In this document: one piece after another, positions 22,702 through 33,593 of the stretch | Position numbering within the stretch: the first letter of the stretch is position 1 | Layout of the letters: the number at the start of each line of letters is the position of its first letter | NCBI GenBank assembly: GCA_003280965.1 | Contig: QCDI01000003.1 | Location: 1-64,000, forward strand | DNA: 64,000 bases | Reading direction: 5' to 3' | Source of the DNA: Prochlorococcus sp. AG-355-B18 | Lineage (GTDB): Bacteria > Cyanobacteriota > Cyanobacteriia > PCC-6307 > Cyanobiaceae | Program-made: the position numbers and the translations under genes | The notes under the pieces: generated by a model | The model's database searches: none | What the model was told of the DNA's origin: nothing | What the model saw: the letters and a program-made list of their open reading frames with translations, nothing else

Positions 22702-25611
22702 TTAAGCACATTTTTTTTCTTCTAAAGTCTCATCTTGATTTACATTGCAAGAACAAATTAAATTTCGATCGCCATATGCATTATTGATCCTAGAAACTGA
22801 AGACCAAAACTTAATAGTTGTTGGAGTTTTATAGGGGAAAGAAGCCTTTTCTTTTGAATAAGGATATTGCCAATTATCAGCAATTAACTCTTTCAGCGTA
22901 TGGGGTGCATTACTTATTACATTATTATTTTTTAATTCATGATTATTTTCTATTTCACTGATTTCTTCTCCAATCAATAGCATAGCCTCACAAAATCTAT
23001 CTACTTCTGCCAAACTTTCACTTTCAGTAGGCTCTATCATTATGGTTTCTGGAACAGGCCAACTAATAGTTGGGGCATGAAAACTATAATCAATTAATCG
23101 TTTAGCTAAATCATTGACACTCAATCCAGTTTTGGATTTTAAATCTCTAAAATCTAAAATACATTCATGTGCGACAAAATTATTTTTTCCTTTAAAGAGA
23201 ATCTTGAATTTATGTTTTAAGGAATGCGCAATATAATTTGCAGATAAAATTGCTTGCGAAGTTGCTTTTCTTAACCCACTAAGACCTGCCATTTTTATAT
23301 ACATCCAACTTATTGGAAGAATACTTGCACTCCCATGCTTGGCAGAAGATACGAAATTAAAACTATTAGATAAATTATTATCCATTAAAGAATGAGCAGG
23401 AAGGTATGGGCTTAAAGTTTCTGATGCAGCAACTGGACCTACTCCTGGACCACCACCTCCATGTGGAATGCAGAATGTTTTATGTAAATTCAAATGACAA
23501 ACATCAACGCCATAGTTTCCAGGTTTGCATAATCCAACCTGAGCATTCAAATTTGCTCCATCTAAATATACAAATCCTCCCACAGAATGGATTAAATCAC
23601 ATATCTTTCTGATTTGTAATTCAAAAACTCCATGAGTAGAGGGATAAGTCAACATAAGAGCACCTATTTGGTTATCAAATTTTTTGACCTTGATTGATAA
23701 ATCTTGATAATCAATATTTCCTTCGTCATCACATTCAACAGTTAACACGTCAAAACCTGCCATAACTGCACTTGCAGGATTTGTTCCATGAGCACTTTTT
23801 GGAATTAAACATTTTTTTCTTAACAGTTCACCTTTAGATTCAAAATAAGAATTAATTGCCAATAAACCTGCAAACTCTCCTTGAGAGCCTGCATTTGGTT
23901 GAAAAGAAACTGATTTTAAACCAACAATCTCACTTATCCATTTTTCTAGGTCAGAAATAATTTTTGAATAGCCTTTAGTTTGATCTGGTGGGGAAAAAGG
24001 ATGGATAGAAGATAAATTAGCCCAAGAGACTGGATTTAACTCTGCTGCAGAATTTAACTTCATGGTACAGCTTCCCAATGGGATCATCCCATCTACCAAA
24101 GAAAAATCTTTTTCTGCAAGTCGGAATATATATCTCATTAATTCAGTCTCACTTTGGTAATTTGTGAATATATCTTGCTGCATCCATGCGCTGGATCTCA
24201 AAGCTAAACTTTCAAGATGAAATTCTTTATCAAATTTTATATGCTCTAAATCTTCTTCTTTTTCTATAAGGTTTGCTATGAAAGTCAAAATATCTTTTAT
24301 TTCTTTTTCATTACTAAGCTCATCTAAAGAGATCCCAAAGCCAGTTGAATGTTCAATAGTTGATCCCAACGGCAAAATTCTTAAGTTATAGCCATTTTTT
24401 AAAGCTTCATTATGAATCCTCTGGGAGTACTCAGAATAAACATCAACACTATCAAATCTAATCCCATCAGGAATATCAAAACCTAAAGCAGCTAAACTTG
24501 ATTCTAAATTTATTCTCAACTCAACTAATCTCTTAGCAATTTGCGTTAATCCAGAGGGTCCATGATAAATAGCATAAAAAGAAGAAATTATGGCTAACAA
24601 AGATTGAGCAGTACAAATATTACTAGTGGCCTTTTCCCTTCTAATATGTTGCTCTCTTGTTTGCAATGCTAGTCTTAGAGACTTTTCTCCATTTTTTGAT
24701 AGAGTTTGCCCAACAATTCTTCCGGGTATCAGCCTTTTATATTTTTCGCAACATGCAAAATATGCAGCATGGGGGCCACCAAAACCCATTGGAACTCCAA
24801 ATCTTTGCATACTGCCCACTGCAACATCAACACCAAATTCAGAAATTGGTTTTATTAAAACTTGCGCCAGTGGATCAATACATGCCGTTACAATAATTTC
24901 TGACCTATGTGCTTGGGATATTAAGAATGTGGGATCATATAATTCCCCATTTTTACCAGGTAATTGCAACAACATTCCAAAAACATCATCATGATTAGGA
25001 AGGTTGCTTTGAGTAAAGCGTTTTAAGGATATTCCCAGAGGTTTTGCCCTTGTTTGTAGAACATTAAAAGTATGATCAAAAACATTTGATTCCACTAAGT
25101 ACACTTTTGAAGATCTATTTTTTCTTGCGGAAAAACTCATGGCCATAGCTTCTGCCGCAGCAGTACCCTCATCCAACAAAGATGCATTGGCAACAGGGAA
25201 TCCTGTTAGTTCACAAACAATAGTCTGAAAATTAAATAGAGCTTCTAATCTTCCTTGTGCAATTTCTGCTTGATATGGAGTATAAGACGTGTACCACCTT
25301 GGATTTTCAAGAACATGTCTTTGGATTACTTTAGGCATGTGATTGTCATAATAACCGAGGCCTATAAGTGATCTAATTTTAGTATTTTTATTCGCAATCT
25401 CTTCTAATTCATTTAAAGCCTCAATTTCTGAACAACCTTGGGGCAATATTTCTGAAGATTTATCTTTAATCTGAATATCTTCAGGAATAACTTGATTTAT
25501 AAATTGATCAATATTATTAAAACCAAGCTTGTTCAGCATAATTCTTTCATCATTATCTCCTAACCCAAGATGCCTATTTATAAACAAATCAGACCCAAAT
25601 TTGGATGTCAT
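22702..25611 (-). CDS. gcvP: Glycine dehydrogenase (glycine cleavage P protein)
   Basis: WYTSYTPYQAEIAQGRLE, LQTREQHIRREKATSNICT, SAHGTNPASA and PLP-site HLNLHKTF. Confidence 0.98.
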   Translation of the reverse strand: MTSKFGSDLFINRHLGLGDNDERIMLNKLGFNNIDQFINQVIPEDIQIKDKSSEILPQGCSEIEALNELEEIANKNTKIRSLIGLGYYDNHMPKVIQRHVLENPRWYTSYTPYQAEIAQGRLEALFNFQTIVCELTGFPVANASLLDEGTAAAEAMAMSFSARKNRSSKVYLVESNVFDHTFNVLQTRAKPLGISLKRFTQSNLPNHDDVFGMLLQLPGKNGELYDPTFLISQAHRSEIIVTACIDPLAQVLIKPISEFGVDVAVGSMQRFGVPMGFGGPHAAYFACCEKYKRLIPGRIVGQTLSKNGEKSLRLALQTREQHIRREKATSNICTAQSLLAIISSFYAIYHGPSGLTQIAKRLVELRINLESSLAALGFDIPDGIRFDSVDVYSEYSQRIHNEALKNGYNLRILPLGSTIEHSTGFGISLDELSNEKEIKDILTFIANLIEKEEDLEHIKFDKEFHLESLALRSSAWMQQDIFTNYQSETELMRYIFRLAEKDFSLVDGMIPLGSCTMKLNSAAELNPVSWANLSSIHPFSPPDQTKGYSKIISDLEKWISEIVGLKSVSFQPNAGSQGEFAGLLAINSYFESKGELLRKKCLIPKSAHGTNPASAVMAGFDVLTVECDDEGNIDYQDLSIKVKKFDNQIGALMLTYPSTHGVFELQIRKICDLIHSVGGFVYLDGANLNAQVGLCKPGNYGVDVCHLNLHKTFCIPHGGGGPGVGPVAASETLSPYLPAHSLMDNNLSNSFNFVSSAKHGSASILPISWMYIKMAGLSGLRKATSQAILSANYIAHSLKHKFKILFKGKNNFVAHECILDFRDLKSKTGLSVNDLAKRLIDYSFHAPTISWPVPETIMIEPTESESLAEVDRFCEAMLLIGEEISEIENNHELKNNNVISNAPHTLKELIADNWQYPYSKEKASFPYKTPTTIKFWSSVSRINNAYGDRNLICSCNVNQDETLEEKKCA

Positions 25612-25656
25612 ACTAAAATATTTTTCTTTAAAATAGCTCTTTTTAAAAAGTTTGCC

Positions 25657-26046
25657 TTATTTTGGTACAACCTTTGATTGATATTCCTCAGAAGTCATCA
25701 AATCAGCAATTAATGCTTTTGATTCTGGTTTCAAAATGACTAACCAACCGTCTCCAATCGGATCATTCTGTAAAAGCTCAGGGTTCTCAATAACACTTTC
25801 ATTTACAGATACTATTTCCCCTGAAAAAGGCAGATAGACTTCCTCAACGGCCTTAACTGATTCTATTGTTCCAAAAGTCTCGCCTTTCTCTAAAGTCGCT
25901 CCTTCATCAGCTAATTCAACAAAAACAATATCTCCTAATTGATCTATAGCGAATTCACTAACTCCAATTTTTAATAATCCATTTTCTTCCAAGACATATT
26001 CATGAGTTTCAGCATAGTTGAGGTTGTCTGGAAACTTGTAAGACAT
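25657..26046 (-). CDS. gcvH: Glycine cleavage H protein
   Basis: HEY, LGDIVFVEL, lipoyl-Lys in IESVKA, and DPIGDGWL. Confidence 0.97.
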   Translation of the reverse strand: MSYKFPDNLNYAETHEYVLEENGLLKIGVSEFAIDQLGDIVFVELADEGATLEKGETFGTIESVKAVEEVYLPFSGEIVSVNESVIENPELLQNDPIGDGWLVILKPESKALIADLMTSEEYQSKVVPK

Positions 26047-26048
26047 GA

Positions 26049-27341
26049 TTAAGTAGATAAAGGAAGTAGAGAATCCTTTGAAATTAATTTTTCCTCTAAT
26101 AGTTCAGATAATAATCGAATTAATGCAATTTTGATGTGAGCTATGTGAGAACCACCTTGAACATAAATATTGTAAGGATCTCTGAGAGGGGCATCAGCAG
26201 AAAATTCACTTGTACTACCCTCAATAAAGGTACCTCCTGCCATTAATAATTTTGAATCATATCCATCCATTGATGATGGCACAACATTCAGAAAAGAATC
26301 TACTGGTGAAGAATTTTGAAAAGATTGACAAACTTTTTGTACCAAATCAGGATTATTCAATCTTACAGACTGAATAAGATCAGATCTATAAGTTGCTGGC
26401 TCTGGTAAAACCTTAAATCCCAAATTTTTAAAGACTACTGCAACCATATCAGCACCTTTTAGTGATTCGTGAACAATTTGTGGTGCTAAAAACAAACCCT
26501 GCAAAATTAATCTTCCTAGTCCAAAATTTATTCCTGCAGAAGAACCAATGCCTGGTGAGGTTAATCTAGAACATGCCATCTCAACCAACTCTGCATCACC
26601 TGCAACGTACCCACCAGTAGGAACTATTGTTCCTCCCAAATTTTTAATCAATGATCCAGCAATTATATTTGCCCCTTTAGAAATTGGTTCACTATCTTCA
26701 ACAAGCTCCCCATAACAATTATCAACAAAACATATACAGTTAGGATCAAGAGAATGAATAAGACTACAAATTTTCTCTATCTGATAATTGGTAAGAGACT
26801 TTCTCCAACTATATCCACAACTTTTTTGTATGAATACTAATTTGAATGAATTTTCATTAAAAAAATGAACAATTTTTTCTTCAAAAGAATCAAAATTCTC
26901 GCAGATATTTACTTGCTTATATTCAATATCAAAATCTTTAAGTGATCCTTTTCCTTCTCCCCTTATTCCTATGACTTCTTCTAACGTATCGTATGGTTGT
27001 CCTGTAAGAGATAACATTACATCTCCAGGTCGAAGAATTCCAAATAAGACAGAACTTATTGCATGGGTTCCACTTACAAATTGCATCCTCACAGCAGCCT
27101 TTTCAGCAAGAAAAAATCTTGCAAAAACCGCATCAATTTTTTCTCTAGATATATCATCATGACCACTACCAGAAGATTGATTGAAATGACTAGTAGAAAC
27201 TTTTTCTTCCTTAAAAATTGTCAAAATATTTTCTAATTTCTGGAAAACCTGATTAGACCTTTCTTGAAAAACTTTACTTAAACTGTCTTCAACAGAAAGA
27301 ACTGCGTTTTCAGCCAGTTTTAAGTTATTGTCAAGAGTCAT
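26049..27341 (-). CDS. YnbB / aluminium-resistance family PLP enzyme (methionine gamma-lyase-like)
   Basis: FVSGTHAI, PYDTLEEVIG, FVDNCYGE, AGSLIKNLGG and MAGGTFIEGS. Confidence 0.9.
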   Translation of the reverse strand: MTLDNNLKLAENAVLSVEDSLSKVFQERSNQVFQKLENILTIFKEEKVSTSHFNQSSGSGHDDISREKIDAVFARFFLAEKAAVRMQFVSGTHAISSVLFGILRPGDVMLSLTGQPYDTLEEVIGIRGEGKGSLKDFDIEYKQVNICENFDSFEEKIVHFFNENSFKLVFIQKSCGYSWRKSLTNYQIEKICSLIHSLDPNCICFVDNCYGELVEDSEPISKGANIIAGSLIKNLGGTIVPTGGYVAGDAELVEMACSRLTSPGIGSSAGINFGLGRLILQGLFLAPQIVHESLKGADMVAVVFKNLGFKVLPEPATYRSDLIQSVRLNNPDLVQKVCQSFQNSSPVDSFLNVVPSSMDGYDSKLLMAGGTFIEGSTSEFSADAPLRDPYNIYVQGGSHIAHIKIALIRLLSELLEEKLISKDSLLPLST

Positions 27342-27359
27342 TTATTATGAAAATTAATG

Positions 27360-28058
27360 TTATTTTTCAGAAGATAAATTTCTTAATTCTGCGAGGAAAG
27401 CATTAGGTCCCCTGCCCTGAAAATAAGAAAGTTTTTTTGAAGCCTCATATAAATCAAGAAGTTCTCCATCTAATTCTTCAGCCGTATAATCTCTAATTCC
27501 TGCAATTACCTCAGCAAAACGTTCTCTACGGACAGATTTATTAACAGCATAGGCTTCCATTACCTGCATTTTACATGATCTCCAAGCCTTATTCTGACAA
27601 AAATGGACTGAAAGAGCATCACTCAAAGCAGAAGCTTCTTCATCCTCTATATACCAGTCAAAAGATGAAGGTAGAGGTTTTAATCCTGAAAATATCTCGA
27701 ATAACTCCCCGGCCGATAATGGATTACCAGAATCATTTTTTAGGGGTACTGCAGACTCTTCCAAAGATTTCCATAACTCTGGGTAATCACTTTCAAAACG
27801 ATCCCTTATTTTTTCTATACCTTGATCAAGAATCGTATTAACTTGAGCTAAAGCGAGAAAAACTTCAGGACCCGGCGAAGATAACTTACCATTCCTAAGA
27901 TTAGAAATTTGCGAATTATGAACTTTACCTAAATCAAGAACTTCAGAAAGTAATGGCAATACTCTGTGAGACCATCCATTTCTTTCATGCCAGAGGTGTA
28001 TCAAATGAGCCATAGCCCTTCTACCTCTAGATAATTTATCGCGATATCCGAGACTCAC
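27360..28058 (-). CDS. Hypothetical protein with an N-terminal XRE/Cro-like helix-turn-helix
   Basis: 232-aa ORF with GTG start. WHERNGWSHRVL...HNSQISNLRNGKLSSPGPEVFLALA fits the XRE HTH pattern by eye. Confidence 0.7.
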   Translation of the reverse strand: MSLGYRDKLSRGRRAMAHLIHLWHERNGWSHRVLPLLSEVLDLGKVHNSQISNLRNGKLSSPGPEVFLALAQVNTILDQGIEKIRDRFESDYPELWKSLEESAVPLKNDSGNPLSAGELFEIFSGLKPLPSSFDWYIEDEEASALSDALSVHFCQNKAWRSCKMQVMEAYAVNKSVRRERFAEVIAGIRDYTAEELDGELLDLYEASKKLSYFQGRGPNAFLAELRNLSSEK

Positions 28059-28133
28059 AGATAATTAAACTAATCAATAGTATAGTATGATAATATTACA
28101 TATCGGTAATTTTGAAAATAGTATTTCAATATC

Positions 28134-29072
28134 ATGAATTCAGTAATTTTCCAAGAAACAGCAAAATTAAAAAAACCTGTTCCAGCTGAAAAAGTAATAG
28201 AACTCTCAGACAAATTACTAGAGCCTTCCAGCCATTCAAAAAAATATCCTCCAAGACTACATAAAACTTGGGGAACAATAGTTTTTATGATTGTAATTCA
28301 TATTCTCTCCCTCATAGCTTTACAACCAAAGTTTTGGAGTCTCCCTGCTGTTACTTCATTATTATTTTTTTACTGGGTAACTGCTTGTTTAGGAGTTACT
28401 CTTGGATATCACAGATTGTTATCACACAGATCGTTCATTGTTCCAAGATGGTTAGAAAGATTTTTTGCTACCTGTGGAGCTATAAGTTGCCAACATGGAC
28501 CTATTGATTGGGTGGGTTTACATAGGCATCATCACTCCTTTTCTGATACAGAAGTAGATCATCACAACAGTAAAAAAGGTTTTTGGTGGAGTCACATGGG
28601 TTGGATGTTCAAAGACGTTGAAGCACTAAAAGCTGTTCCAAAGCTAAGTGCAGATTTAATTAAAGATCCATACTACAGATTCCTAAATAAATATTTTCTA
28701 TTTCTACAAATTCCTATTGGACTTTCTCTGTACGCAATAGGACAAAAATTAGGAGTCGGTGGTTGGGCTTTGGTGCTATGGGGAATTCCATTGAGACTTG
28801 TAGTCGTTTATCACATAACGTGGTTAGTAAATTCAGCTACTCATTGTTGGGGTAAGGCACCTTTTGAAAGTGGTGATTCATCCAAAAACAATGCTTGGGT
28901 TGCTGCATTAACATTTGGAGAGGGTTGGCATAATAATCATCATGCATTTCCCAATTCAGCAAAACAAGGATTATTTAGAGGTCAAATCGATATAACTTGG
29001 GAACATATTAAGATTCTTGCTAAATTTGGTCTTGCAAAAAAAGTAAAGTTACCCTCAAGGTCTTATTATTAA
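28134..29072 (+). CDS. desC: Acyl-lipid delta-9 desaturase
   Basis: His boxes [13 protein letters not shown] and GEGWHNNHH, plus WLVNSATH. Confidence 0.93.
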   Translation: MNSVIFQETAKLKKPVPAEKVIELSDKLLEPSSHSKKYPPRLHKTWGTIVFMIVIHILSLIALQPKFWSLPAVTSLLFFYWVTACLGVTLGYHRLLSHRSFIVPRWLERFFATCGAISCQHGPIDWVGLHRHHHSFSDTEVDHHNSKKGFWWSHMGWMFKDVEALKAVPKLSADLIKDPYYRFLNKYFLFLQIPIGLSLYAIGQKLGVGGWALVLWGIPLRLVVVYHITWLVNSATHCWGKAPFESGDSSKNNAWVAALTFGEGWHNNHHAFPNSAKQGLFRGQIDITWEHIKILAKFGLAKKVKLPSRSYY

Positions 29073-29092
29073 ATATATTGTTCAATATTTTC

Positions 29093-29548
29093 ATGGCTAA
29101 AAGAGTACAAGTCGCATTAACTGAATCAATCTCATCACTAGGTAAAGAAGGTGATCTAGTTGAAGTAGCACCTGGATATGCAAGAAATTTTTTATTACCT
29201 TATGGCAAGGCAATGAATGTAACACCAGCAGTTCTTAAACAAATTGAAAGGAAAAAAGAAAAAGAAAAAATTGCTGCAGATAAATTAAAGCAAGAAGCCT
29301 TAGATTTCCAAACTGCATTATCTACAATAGGTAGGTTCACTATCAAAAAACAGGTTGGAGAAGATGGAGTACTTTTTGGAACAGTTACCAATGGAGATGT
29401 TGCCGAAGCAATAGAAGCAGCAACTAAAAAAGAAATTGATAGAAGAAACATCACAGTTCCTGATATTCATAATTTAGGTTCTTTTACAGCAAAAATAAAA
29501 CTTCATCCAGAAGTAAATGCAGAAGTAAATATTGAAGTAACAAGTTAA
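29093..29548 (+). CDS. rplI: 50S ribosomal protein L9
   Basis: [21 protein letters not shown] and LFGTVT. ATG at 29093 is preferred over the upstream TTG. Confidence 0.97.
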   Translation: MAKRVQVALTESISSLGKEGDLVEVAPGYARNFLLPYGKAMNVTPAVLKQIERKKEKEKIAADKLKQEALDFQTALSTIGRFTIKKQVGEDGVLFGTVTNGDVAEAIEAATKKEIDRRNITVPDIHNLGSFTAKIKLHPEVNAEVNIEVTS

Positions 29549-29606
29549 TCAATTTGTTGCATTATTTTGAAAAGTAGCCAGAGTATATATCTAAGCAATT
29601 AAAGAT

Positions 29607-30989
29607 ATGGTTTCCGTACCTTTTCCAAATAATGGGCAAAATAAAAATTTTAAAAAAGATTTTAATAGTGAAAATGCTGGATTAGTCCCTCCTCAGAACG
29701 TTCAAGCAGAGGAAGCAGTTCTTGGTGGCATACTTCTTGATCCGGACGCGATCGGAAGAATTGCAGACTTAATTAAACCTGAAGCTTTTTATATAAATGC
29801 CCATCAAGAAATTTATAGAACAGCATTAATGTTGCATACCCAGGGTAAACCAACTGATTTAACATCAATGAGTGCTTGGTTAGCAGATAATGGATCACTT
29901 GAAAAAATTGGAGGGAACAGCAAGCTAGTAGAACTAGTTGAAAATGTTTCCTCTACAGCTTCCATAGAACAAGTTGCTAATCTAATTAACGACAAATTCA
30001 TGAGAAGGCAACTTATAAGATCTGGAAATGAGGTGGTTCAACTTGGTTTTGATCAGACTCAAGATACTAATGAAGTTCTAGATAAAGCGGAGCAAAAAAT
30101 ATTTGAAATCAGTCAAGAAAAACCTTCAAAAGGTCTGACTCAAGCAGCTGAAATCCTTACAAGTACTTTTAATGAAATAGAGTCGAGATCATTAGGTACT
30201 TCAGTCGCTGGAATTCCTGTAAATTTCTACGACCTTGATGCGATGACTCAAGGTTTTCAAAGAAGTGATTTAATAATTGTTGCTGGAAGACCTTCAATGG
30301 GAAAAACTTCAATTGTTCTTAACCTGGCTAAAAATGTTGCGCAATCTCAAGATTTACCTGTGTGCGTATTTAGCCTTGAAATGAGTAAAGAACAGTTGAC
30401 ATATAGATTACTTTCTATGGAAGTTGGAATCGAGAGTGGCAGGCTAAGAACAGGAAGATTACAGCAAGATGAATGGCCTTTACTCGGAGAAGGTATCAAT
30501 TCACTAGGTCAATTACCAATATTTATAGATGACAAACCTAACTTAAGTGTTTTAGAGATGAGATCTCTGTGCAGAAGATTAATAGCTGAACAAAAAAAAG
30601 AACTTGGATTAATTGTGATTGATTACCTGCAGTTGATGGAAGGATCAACCCCTGATAATAGAGTGCAAGAACTTTCACGAATAACAAGAGGTCTTAAAAG
30701 CATGGCCAGAGAATTAAAAGTACCAGTAGTGGCTTTATCTCAGCTTAGTAGAGGGGTAGAATCTAGAACAAACAAAAGGCCAATGTTAAGCGATCTAAGA
30801 GAATCAGGATCTATTGAACAAGACGCAGATTTAGTATTAATGATTTATAGAGATGAATACTATAATCCAGAGACTGAAGATAGAGGAATTACAGAAATCA
30901 TTGTCACTAAACATAGAAATGGACCCGTAGGAACTGTTAAATTATTATTTGAACCTCAATTTACGAGATTTAGGAATTTAGCTAATTAA
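29607..30989 (+). CDS. dnaB: Replicative DNA helicase (no intein)
   Basis: PPQNVQAEEAVLG, AGRPSMGKT, FSLEMS, IDYLQLM, LSDLRESGSIEQDAD and KHRNGP. Confidence 0.98.
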   Translation: MVSVPFPNNGQNKNFKKDFNSENAGLVPPQNVQAEEAVLGGILLDPDAIGRIADLIKPEAFYINAHQEIYRTALMLHTQGKPTDLTSMSAWLADNGSLEKIGGNSKLVELVENVSSTASIEQVANLINDKFMRRQLIRSGNEVVQLGFDQTQDTNEVLDKAEQKIFEISQEKPSKGLTQAAEILTSTFNEIESRSLGTSVAGIPVNFYDLDAMTQGFQRSDLIIVAGRPSMGKTSIVLNLAKNVAQSQDLPVCVFSLEMSKEQLTYRLLSMEVGIESGRLRTGRLQQDEWPLLGEGINSLGQLPIFIDDKPNLSVLEMRSLCRRLIAEQKKELGLIVIDYLQLMEGSTPDNRVQELSRITRGLKSMARELKVPVVALSQLSRGVESRTNKRPMLSDLRESGSIEQDADLVLMIYRDEYYNPETEDRGITEIIVTKHRNGPVGTVKLLFEPQFTRFRNLAN

Positions 30990-31001
30990 ATCGCTCCTAA
31001 A

Positions 31002-32969
31002 ATGCAAGATCATCACTCAACAAATGAATCTTTTGATGTCATCGTTATTGGAGGAGGACATGCAGGATGTGAAGCAGCTATAACAACAGCAAAATTAGGA
31101 TTTTCTACAGCCTTATTTACAATCAATTTAGATAGGATTGCCTGGCAACCTTGCAACCCTGCTGTTGGCGGCCCAGCAAAAAGTCAGTTGGTACATGAAG
31201 TTGATGCGTTAGGTGGAATTATTGGTAAATTAGCTGATGAAACGGCAATACAAAAAAGAATATTAAATGCAAGTAGAGGTCCAGCCGTATGGGCATTAAG
31301 AGCTCAGACAGATAAAAGAGAATACTCAAAAAAGATGATTGAAATACTACAAAATACAGATAATTTATCTTTAAAAGAAGCAATGATTACTGAACTAGAT
31401 GTCTCAAAAACTGAAGAAATTGGATTGAACGCAAAAAAAATCTTAAAAAAAAGAATCAAAGGTGTAAGGACTTTCTTTGGTAGTTATTATTCAGCAAGAT
31501 CAGTTATCATCACAGCTGGTACGTTCTTAGAAGGAAGAATATGGATAGGAAATAAATCAATGTCAGCTGGTAGATCGGGCGAACAAGCAGCAAAAGGTCT
31601 TACTCAAAATTTGCACGAAATTGGTATTAAAACAGAACGTTTAAAAACAGGAACTCCAGCAAGAGTTGATAAAAGAAGTATCATTTTTGATGAATTAGAT
31701 ATTCAACCAAGCACTGCAGCAGATAAATATTTTTCGTTTGACCCAGATATAAAAAATAATATGCCTCAAGTTAGTTGTCACATCACAAGAACAACTACCA
31801 AAACACATCAACTAATTCGAGATAATTTACATTTAACTCCTATTTACGGCGGTTTTATTGATAGTAAGGGACCAAGATATTGTCCATCAATTGAAGATAA
31901 AATCGTTAAATTTGCTGATAAAGAATCACATCAAATTTTCTTAGAACCAGAAGGAATTAATACCCCTGAAATATATGTACAAGGATTTTCTACAGGTTTA
32001 CCCGAAAATATTCAATTAGAACTTTTAAGAACCTTGCCTGGATTGAATGAGTGTAAAATGTTACGACCAGCATATGCTGTGGAGTATGACTATATACCTG
32101 CAACACAGCTCCAAACTTCACTCGAAACGAAAGAAATTGAATATTTATTTAGCGCGGGACAAATTAATGGGACTACTGGTTATGAAGAAGCAGCAGCACA
32201 AGGATTAGTTGCAGGAGTCAATGCGACAAGAAAACTAAGCAAAAAAGATCCAATAATCTTCACTAGAGAAAGCAGTTATATAGGAACAATGATCAATGAT
32301 TTAATTACCAAAGACCTCAAAGAACCATACAGAGTTTTAACTAGTAGGAGTGAATATAGGTTAACTCTTAGAGGAGATAATGCGGACAGGAGATTAACAC
32401 CATTAGGTTATCAAATAGGGCTAATTAATGAGAAAAGATGGTCGGCCTATCAAGAAAAAATGAAACTTCTCGAGGAAGAGAAATTTAGATTAAATAAAAC
32501 TCGCTTAAAAAATACCGAGGAAATATCAAAAAAAATAGAATTAGAAACGGGATCAAAGATCAAAGGCTCAACAACTTTGAAGGAACTCTTAAAAAGACCA
32601 AACTTTCATTATTCAGATCTAATTAAATATAATTTGACTGAAAAAAATCTAGACTCTTCAATACAAGAAGGTGTTGAAATAGATATTAAATACGAGGGTT
32701 ACCTTAAAAGGCAAAAAAACAACATTGAGCAAATAAATCGTCAAAGCTGTAAATCTCTGTCTCAAGAAATAAATTATGAAAAGATAGATACATTATCTTT
32801 AGAAGCTAGAGAAAATTTGAATAAGATAAAGCCAAAAAATTTTGGTGATGCCTCAAAAATTCCTGGAGTAAGCAAAGCTGATTTAACTGCATTACTTGTT
32901 TGGCTAAAAATAAGAGAAATAAAAAAAGAAAAGGCAGATATTTTTGTCGAAAAAAAGTTATCATCTTAA
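31002..32969 (+). CDS. mnmG: tRNA U34 carboxymethylaminomethyl modification enzyme (GidA)
   Basis: [35 protein letters not shown] and [17 protein letters not shown]. Confidence 0.98.
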   Translation: MQDHHSTNESFDVIVIGGGHAGCEAAITTAKLGFSTALFTINLDRIAWQPCNPAVGGPAKSQLVHEVDALGGIIGKLADETAIQKRILNASRGPAVWALRAQTDKREYSKKMIEILQNTDNLSLKEAMITELDVSKTEEIGLNAKKILKKRIKGVRTFFGSYYSARSVIITAGTFLEGRIWIGNKSMSAGRSGEQAAKGLTQNLHEIGIKTERLKTGTPARVDKRSIIFDELDIQPSTAADKYFSFDPDIKNNMPQVSCHITRTTTKTHQLIRDNLHLTPIYGGFIDSKGPRYCPSIEDKIVKFADKESHQIFLEPEGINTPEIYVQGFSTGLPENIQLELLRTLPGLNECKMLRPAYAVEYDYIPATQLQTSLETKEIEYLFSAGQINGTTGYEEAAAQGLVAGVNATRKLSKKDPIIFTRESSYIGTMINDLITKDLKEPYRVLTSRSEYRLTLRGDNADRRLTPLGYQIGLINEKRWSAYQEKMKLLEEEKFRLNKTRLKNTEEISKKIELETGSKIKGSTTLKELLKRPNFHYSDLIKYNLTEKNLDSSIQEGVEIDIKYEGYLKRQKNNIEQINRQSCKSLSQEINYEKIDTLSLEARENLNKIKPKNFGDASKIPGVSKADLTALLVWLKIREIKKEKADIFVEKKLSS

Positions 32970-33050
32970 AAGCATTCTGTCTGAGCACTGAATAATAAAC
33001 TTTTTAACTCACCAAATATTTTATGGGAAGAAAAAGCCTCTACTTTTTTA

Positions 33051-33593
33051 GTGAAAAATTCACTACCAAAAATATCTGGTCCATGGAAATTAATGTTGCT
33101 TGGGGATGGAAGTCCAACTAGACATTTACAGCTTTTAACTAATCAAGAGACAAAAATTAAGTTAATTTCAATGCGAGTTGATCCTCTATTCATTGAAGAA
33201 GGTCCTAAAGAATTAAATCAATTAAATGGACCTTTAATTAGAAGACAAGTATGGATTAAAAACAATAATAAAAACCTAGCATGGGCTGAAAGTTGGTGGA
33301 ATGCAGAACAAGTTAATGAAAATTTAAAAGCCAAAGAAGAACCAATTTGGAAGAATTTGACGCAAGACAGATCAGAATTGTTTAGAGAAGTCGATCGAAT
33401 TTCACTTGTTAATTCAAATTGGTTAGAGGATCAATTTTGTTTCAAAGGTCCATTCTGGTCAAGAAATTATAGATTTTTTCGAGACAAAAAGCCTCTAACA
33501 ATTATTAGAGAAGTATTCAATCCACATTTAGAAAGTTTATTAGGCTATTCAGGAATTAAAGAATTTACGAAACTATACTCTTCTTCTTCTTGA
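33051..33593 (+). CDS. Chorismate pyruvate-lyase (UbiC/DUF98 family); true start possibly CTG at 32988
   Basis: LLGDGSPTRHL, RRQVW, AWAESWW, PIW, WSRNYRF and PLTIIREVF. Confidence 0.8.
   Translation: MKNSLPKISGPWKLMLLGDGSPTRHLQLLTNQETKIKLISMRVDPLFIEEGPKELNQLNGPLIRRQVWIKNNNKNLAWAESWWNAEQVNENLKAKEEPIWKNLTQDRSELFREVDRISLVNSNWLEDQFCFKGPFWSRNYRFFRDKKPLTIIREVFNPHLESLLGYSGIKEFTKLYSSSS

Noticed and set aside
28085..28099. NtcA box upstream of desC
   Set aside because: Spacing is GTA-N9-TAC rather than the required GTA-N8-TAC.
29607..30989. Intein in dnaB, common in other cyanobacteria
   Set aside because: The protein is 460 aa with contiguous helicase motifs and no insertion.
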